20,054 nt of DNA from assembly GCA_963934255.1 (NCBI GenBank), contig CAWVXU010000047.1, positions 1 to 20,054 on the forward strand. Direction: 5' to 3'. The position numbers and the translations under genes were made by a program. The notes under the pieces are model-generated. The model was not told the origin of the DNA and did not search any database. It worked only from the letters and a program-made list of their open reading frames with translations. Positions within the stretch are counted from its first letter, which is position 1; each line of letters opens with the position of its first letter. Below, in pieces: positions 16,504 to 20,054 of the stretch. The stretch comes from an uncultured Fibrobacterales bacterium. GTDB lineage: Bacteria > Fibrobacterota > Fibrobacteria > Fibrobacterales > CAWVXU01.

Positions 16504-16971
16504 ATGGCAAATGTCAACCTTGGGCACATCAACCCATTTATCTCAGCCACTATTGAATCTTTTAAAACAATGGTCATAGCTGAGCTCAAACCAGGTGAAA
16601 TTAGGCTAAAAGACAACACCCATCTGACAAACGATATTATTGGGATTATTGGGCTCTCGGGTGAAGTAAAAGGTGCAATTAGCCTTTGTTTCACACTTGA
16701 TGTCGCTTGAGATGTCGTCACTCGCTTTGTTGGTGAACCGACCACCGAACTCAATGAGGATGTCACTGATGCAATTGGTGAGCTTGCAAATATTACTGTA
16801 GGTTATGCCAAGAAAAATCTTTCTGAATTCAATATTTAAATTTCTCTACCATCGGTCATTAAAGGCAAGGGACATGTTATTTCTGACTCCAAAGATGTGC
16901 TAAGTATGGTTATCACATTCCATTACGATGACAAATCCTTTGGCTTGGGCCTCGCTTTAAAGTCAGCTTAG
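16504..16971 (+). pseudogene. cheX: CheX-family chemotaxis phosphatase with two in-frame stops
   Basis: One frame of 155 codons plus TAG: INPFISAT, DIIGIIGLSGEVKGAISLCF, [TGA 16708-16710], DVTDAIGELANI..G, [TAA 16837-16839], ISLPSVIKGKGH, ending at TAG 16969-16971. Confidence 0.88.
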
Positions 16972-17001
16972 TTTGAATAAAAAATTTTGATCTTAGTTAT
17001 T

Positions 17002-17035
17002 AAAAAAACCGAGTCTGTAATCCAGATTCGGTTTT
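17002..17035. terminator. Bidirectional intrinsic terminator between cheX and cpoB
   Basis: AAAAAAA-CCGAGTCTG-taatc-CAGATTCGG-TTTT. It has U tails on both strands and lies between convergent genes. Confidence 0.8.
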
Positions 17036-17065
17036 AAATTTTTACTTGAATATTTGTTGATACTA

Positions 17066-17851
17066 TTATTTTAAAGCTTTTAGCTCGTCTGAGGCTCTTT
17101 GTTGCTCGTTAGTTCCACCACACTTGGGATGCTCAATAATCGTTTGTAGATGTTTTTTCTGACTAGCTACATCCTCTTTTTTGGCTGCAATTCGAGAGAG
17201 ATGAAATTGGGTTGTGCACATTTTTGAACCTTCAGGGAACTCCTTAGTCAAACGATCAAAGACCGTCGCTGCCCAGTCGTGTTTTTCAGTTCTTTCATAA
17301 CATACTGCCATCCAATAAAGAGCATCTTCAGCTCGGCGACCTTTGGGGTCAAGCTTATAGATATTGTTGAATTGTTTATAGGCTTCTTTAAAACGACTAG
17401 CACTAAAATCTTGTTGCGCTGTTGCAAATAATTTTTCAACTTCAATTCCCGCTAGAGAAGTGATTTTGGTTGAAGCTTGAGAAGACGAATCTGATCCACG
17501 TAATTCATGTATTACTTTTACACGATTATTCTTAATCTGATTAGTACTCACCGCAACCTTATCAACAGTGTAACCCATCTCTTCAAGTAAGGACACCATT
17601 CGATTGATGCCATTTTCTTGAACTCCCACAAGTGAACCTAAATCAGCTTGAATACGACGTTGGAAACTCTGTTGATTGGACCGCATCGAATCAATTTTCA
17701 ATTCTAAAGAATCAATTTTTAAACCCAAATTAGATTCTACTGATTTAATTTCTGTGGTTCTAAGTGTTGTGACTTGCGAACAAGCACTCAGAACTAGTAA
17801 CACTAGGCCCAAGATTGTTTTGTATAAGGTTGTTTTAGTTAATAACTTCAT
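17066..17851 (-). CDS. cpoB: Tol-Pal-associated coiled-coil/TPR protein (CpoB/YbgF-like), predicted lipoprotein
   Basis: Directly after pal; lipobox LSA-C; N-terminal coiled coil; TPRs (AEDALYWMAVCYE, FDRLTKEFPEGSK). Confidence 0.8.
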   Translation of the reverse strand: MKLLTKTTLYKTILGLVLLVLSACSQVTTLRTTEIKSVESNLGLKIDSLELKIDSMRSNQQSFQRRIQADLGSLVGVQENGINRMVSLLEEMGYTVDKVAVSTNQIKNNRVKVIHELRGSDSSSQASTKITSLAGIEVEKLFATAQQDFSASRFKEAYKQFNNIYKLDPKGRRAEDALYWMAVCYERTEKHDWAATVFDRLTKEFPEGSKMCTTQFHLSRIAAKKEDVASQKKHLQTIIEHPKCGGTNEQQRASDELKALK

Positions 17852-17858
17852 TGATTAC

Positions 17859-18416
17859 CTATTTTATTTTCACTTGAAAATTCGCACGGCGATTTGCTGT
17901 GTTTGCACTGTCACTTTCACCGTTAACTTTTGGACTCTCTTCGCCAAAACTCACTGTAGATATATCACCCTTAGAAACCCCATAATCAATCAGATATCCA
18001 CGAACAGCTTCAGCTCTCTTAGACCCCAGGCTCATATTGTAACCTTCAGTACCTCGAACATCCGTATGACCTTCAATCACAATAGAGAATTTTTGCTCCT
18101 TCAATAAGATATCACCTACTTGAGATAAGATATCGCGAGCTTCTGAATTCAGCTTTGATTTATCATAATCAAAATAAATGTCTGAGCCCATTAATTTGTT
18201 AAGCAATAACTCAAGCTCTGCGCGTTCACGCTCAAGCTGAACCTCAGATGATTCAATATCTACATCTGATTGTCCATTATTAACCTCTTCAACAGGACTT
18301 TCCATAGCTGTGGTTGGGTCTTCAATTGGATCCGTTTCAGGAACTGGATCGTCTGCACATGCCATCATAGCAATCGTAAATAGAGCGAGAGTACTTAGTT
18401 TTAAAAGTGTTTTCAT
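17859..18416 (-). CDS. pal: Peptidoglycan-associated lipoprotein (OmpA C-terminal domain)
   Basis: Lipobox MMA-C; IYFDYDKS, IEGHTDVRGTEGYNMSLGSKRA, SFGEE.P, NRRA; follows tolB. Confidence 0.93.
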   Translation of the reverse strand: MKTLLKLSTLALFTIAMMACADDPVPETDPIEDPTTAMESPVEEVNNGQSDVDIESSEVQLERERAELELLLNKLMGSDIYFDYDKSKLNSEARDILSQVGDILLKEQKFSIVIEGHTDVRGTEGYNMSLGSKRAEAVRGYLIDYGVSKGDISTVSFGEESPKVNGESDSANTANRRANFQVKIK

Positions 18417-18434
18417 TGTATTATCCTTTTGTTT

Positions 18435-19661
18435 TTATTTGGACCAACGAGGAGCGGTATGTGGTGCGCCGTGTGTCATTTGCGTCACTCCACTTCCATC
18501 TGCTCGCATAATATAAATTTGGGGTGTGCCTGTTTTTCTATTTGAAGAAAAAGCAATCATCTTGCCATCTGGAGACCAAGTCGGCGATTCATTGTTTCCA
18601 TTATCGCTTGTTAATTGCTGCACACCAGTAGCATCAATGTTCATAACATAAACATTTAGACGCCCCTTATCCATACCTACGTAAGCAATTTTATCACCTT
18701 TAGGTGACCAGGCAGAACTTTCAATGTATTGGCGCCCCCATGTGATGCGTTTTTCATTCAGACCATCAAAATCAACTTTGTAAATTTTGGGATTGCCACC
18801 TTTGTCTGAGGTATACAAAACTTCATAGCCATTGGGCGACCACTCCGGACTTGTCTCTGTGGCTCGACCATAAGTGATTTGTGTGGATTTATTTGTCAAT
18901 AGGTCAAGTCGGTAGACATCAGAGCCATGTGACTGCTGCTTAGTGTACAAAAGTTTCGCACCCTTTGGGTGAACCTTAGGACCAAAACTCTGCACCCCGG
19001 GTGTGATATGCTTACGCCTACCATTACTGAGGTCGGCCCGATAAATTGAAGGATAGCCTGGGCGAAATGAAGTAAAAAATATTTGAGTATTGTCATGTCC
19101 CCAATCAGCTAATGTATTGATATGCTTATCATTGGTCAACATCCATGAACGATGCCCATCGTAATCCATTACCTTGATGTTTTTATGGCCTTTGGACTTA
19201 GTAACAGCTAGTAACCTTGATGTAGAAACACCTTGCTCACCCAATACATTTTTTAAAACTTCATCTGAGAAGGTATGCAATACACGCCTTAAATCTTTAG
19301 CCGGAACAGAATAAGATTTACCGAGTATCTGCTGCCGCGTAGCTACATCCATCACATAGCCTTCAAACCGAATATCAGGACCTTGACTGATTATTTTTGC
19401 TTCTATATAATAGTATGCTTTGGATTCTTGAAATAGAGTCGAATCAAATTCAGGGCTTATTACCGTCTTAAAGTAACCAGGAAGCGCTAAGTCTTGAGAT
19501 ATTACTTCTGAAGGCTTCTCGATATCAATCGTACCTTCAATTTGAAAATGGATAATCCCCATTGCAGGAGTAGTAGATCCATCAATTTCAATCACTTTAA
19601 TCTCTTCACTCATTACGAGTGAAGAGATTAACAACACTAGGTAGATTATATTATTCTTCAT
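18435..19661 (-). CDS. tolB: Tol-Pal beta-propeller protein TolB
   Basis: Signal peptide, LRRVLHTFSDEV, VMDYDG, and PD40 repeats (SPEWSPNG, SAWSPKG, SPTWSPDG). Start taken as the ATG at 19661. Confidence 0.92.
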   Translation of the reverse strand: MKNNIIYLVLLISSLVMSEEIKVIEIDGSTTPAMGIIHFQIEGTIDIEKPSEVISQDLALPGYFKTVISPEFDSTLFQESKAYYYIEAKIISQGPDIRFEGYVMDVATRQQILGKSYSVPAKDLRRVLHTFSDEVLKNVLGEQGVSTSRLLAVTKSKGHKNIKVMDYDGHRSWMLTNDKHINTLADWGHDNTQIFFTSFRPGYPSIYRADLSNGRRKHITPGVQSFGPKVHPKGAKLLYTKQQSHGSDVYRLDLLTNKSTQITYGRATETSPEWSPNGYEVLYTSDKGGNPKIYKVDFDGLNEKRITWGRQYIESSAWSPKGDKIAYVGMDKGRLNVYVMNIDATGVQQLTSDNGNNESPTWSPDGKMIAFSSNRKTGTPQIYIMRADGSGVTQMTHGAPHTAPRWSK

Positions 19662-20054
19662 ATTTGAACAAGATAAATAACTTTGTCTCATTCTTTGGGA
19701 AAATAGATGGTATTGGAGGTAATTGCGCCAATCTTATCGCTCTTTTGGCGATGTCATCCAACAATTTTGATCCACTAGAATTTTTTAGTTTAACTCCGAT
19801 GGCTTTACCACCTGCACGAAGCACAGTCAGTTCAAACATAAACTCAGTGCCAAAAGCCACACCGGCGTTTTTGGGTGGTCTATAGTTAATCATGATTTTA
19901 CGCTTGACTGTCGCATAGAAAAGATTAAGTCTTGAATCAATTTGTGGTAAATTTATTTTTATCGGAGGCGCTTTGATTTGTATTGGTGTTTCTTCAAATT
20001 CTGGTGCCTGCATATCAGGTGGGTCCATTTCTGGAGGACTTGGTTCTTCAGGAG
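19651..20054 (-). CDS. TolA/TonB C-terminal domain protein (5' part outside the window)
   Basis: The frame is open to the window edge with a Pro/Glu-rich linker (PEEPSPPEMDPPD) and a TonB/TolA C-domain motif (SSGSKLLDDIAKRAI...LPPIP). Overlaps the tolB start. Confidence 0.8.
   Translation of the reverse strand, partial: PEEPSPPEMDPPDMQAPEFEETPIQIKAPPIKINLPQIDSRLNLFYATVKRKIMINYRPPKNAGVAFGTEFMFELTVLRAGGKAIGVKLKNSSGSKLLDDIAKRAIRLAQLPPIPSIFPKNETKLFILFKYEE

Noticed and set aside
16500..16766. 88-aa minus-strand ORF
   Set aside because: Antisense shadow of the cheX frame, which carries the family motifs.
16708..16839. Stop-codon reassignment or selenocysteine in cheX
   Set aside because: Two different stops are involved. 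TGA (truB) and TAA (most genes) end conserved genes normally in this window, and no other gene has internal stops.

Overview
AT-rich bacterial core-genome window from a diderm organism. NusA and the gene order suggest Fibrobacterota (FCB group), but this is recollection and was not searched. The minus strand carries rimP-nusA-infB-rbfA-truB-ribF (ribF partial), mazG, an excisionase/BldC-like HTH-PAS regulator, argC-argB-argD-argG-ispD-ispF, and tolA-like(partial)-tolB-pal-cpoB. The plus strand carries a 70-aa membrane ORF, dprA, an ftsB/divIC-like gene and a full-length cheX-like frame broken by two in-frame stops, which the ORF track shows only in part. I see no mobile element, CRISPR array, rRNA or tRNA, and I cannot support a large new system. 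The best leads are: a histone-like AKK pentapeptide tail on ArgG; seven 45-bp tandem repeats making a G/Q/Y/R low-complexity domain in IF2; the HTH-PAS regulator; three 10-bp-phased TGTTC repeats in the mazG/dprA promoter region; two apparently leaderless genes (argC, ftsB); a palindrome in the argC promoter spacer; a terminator-like rimP leader; and the cheX pseudogene.
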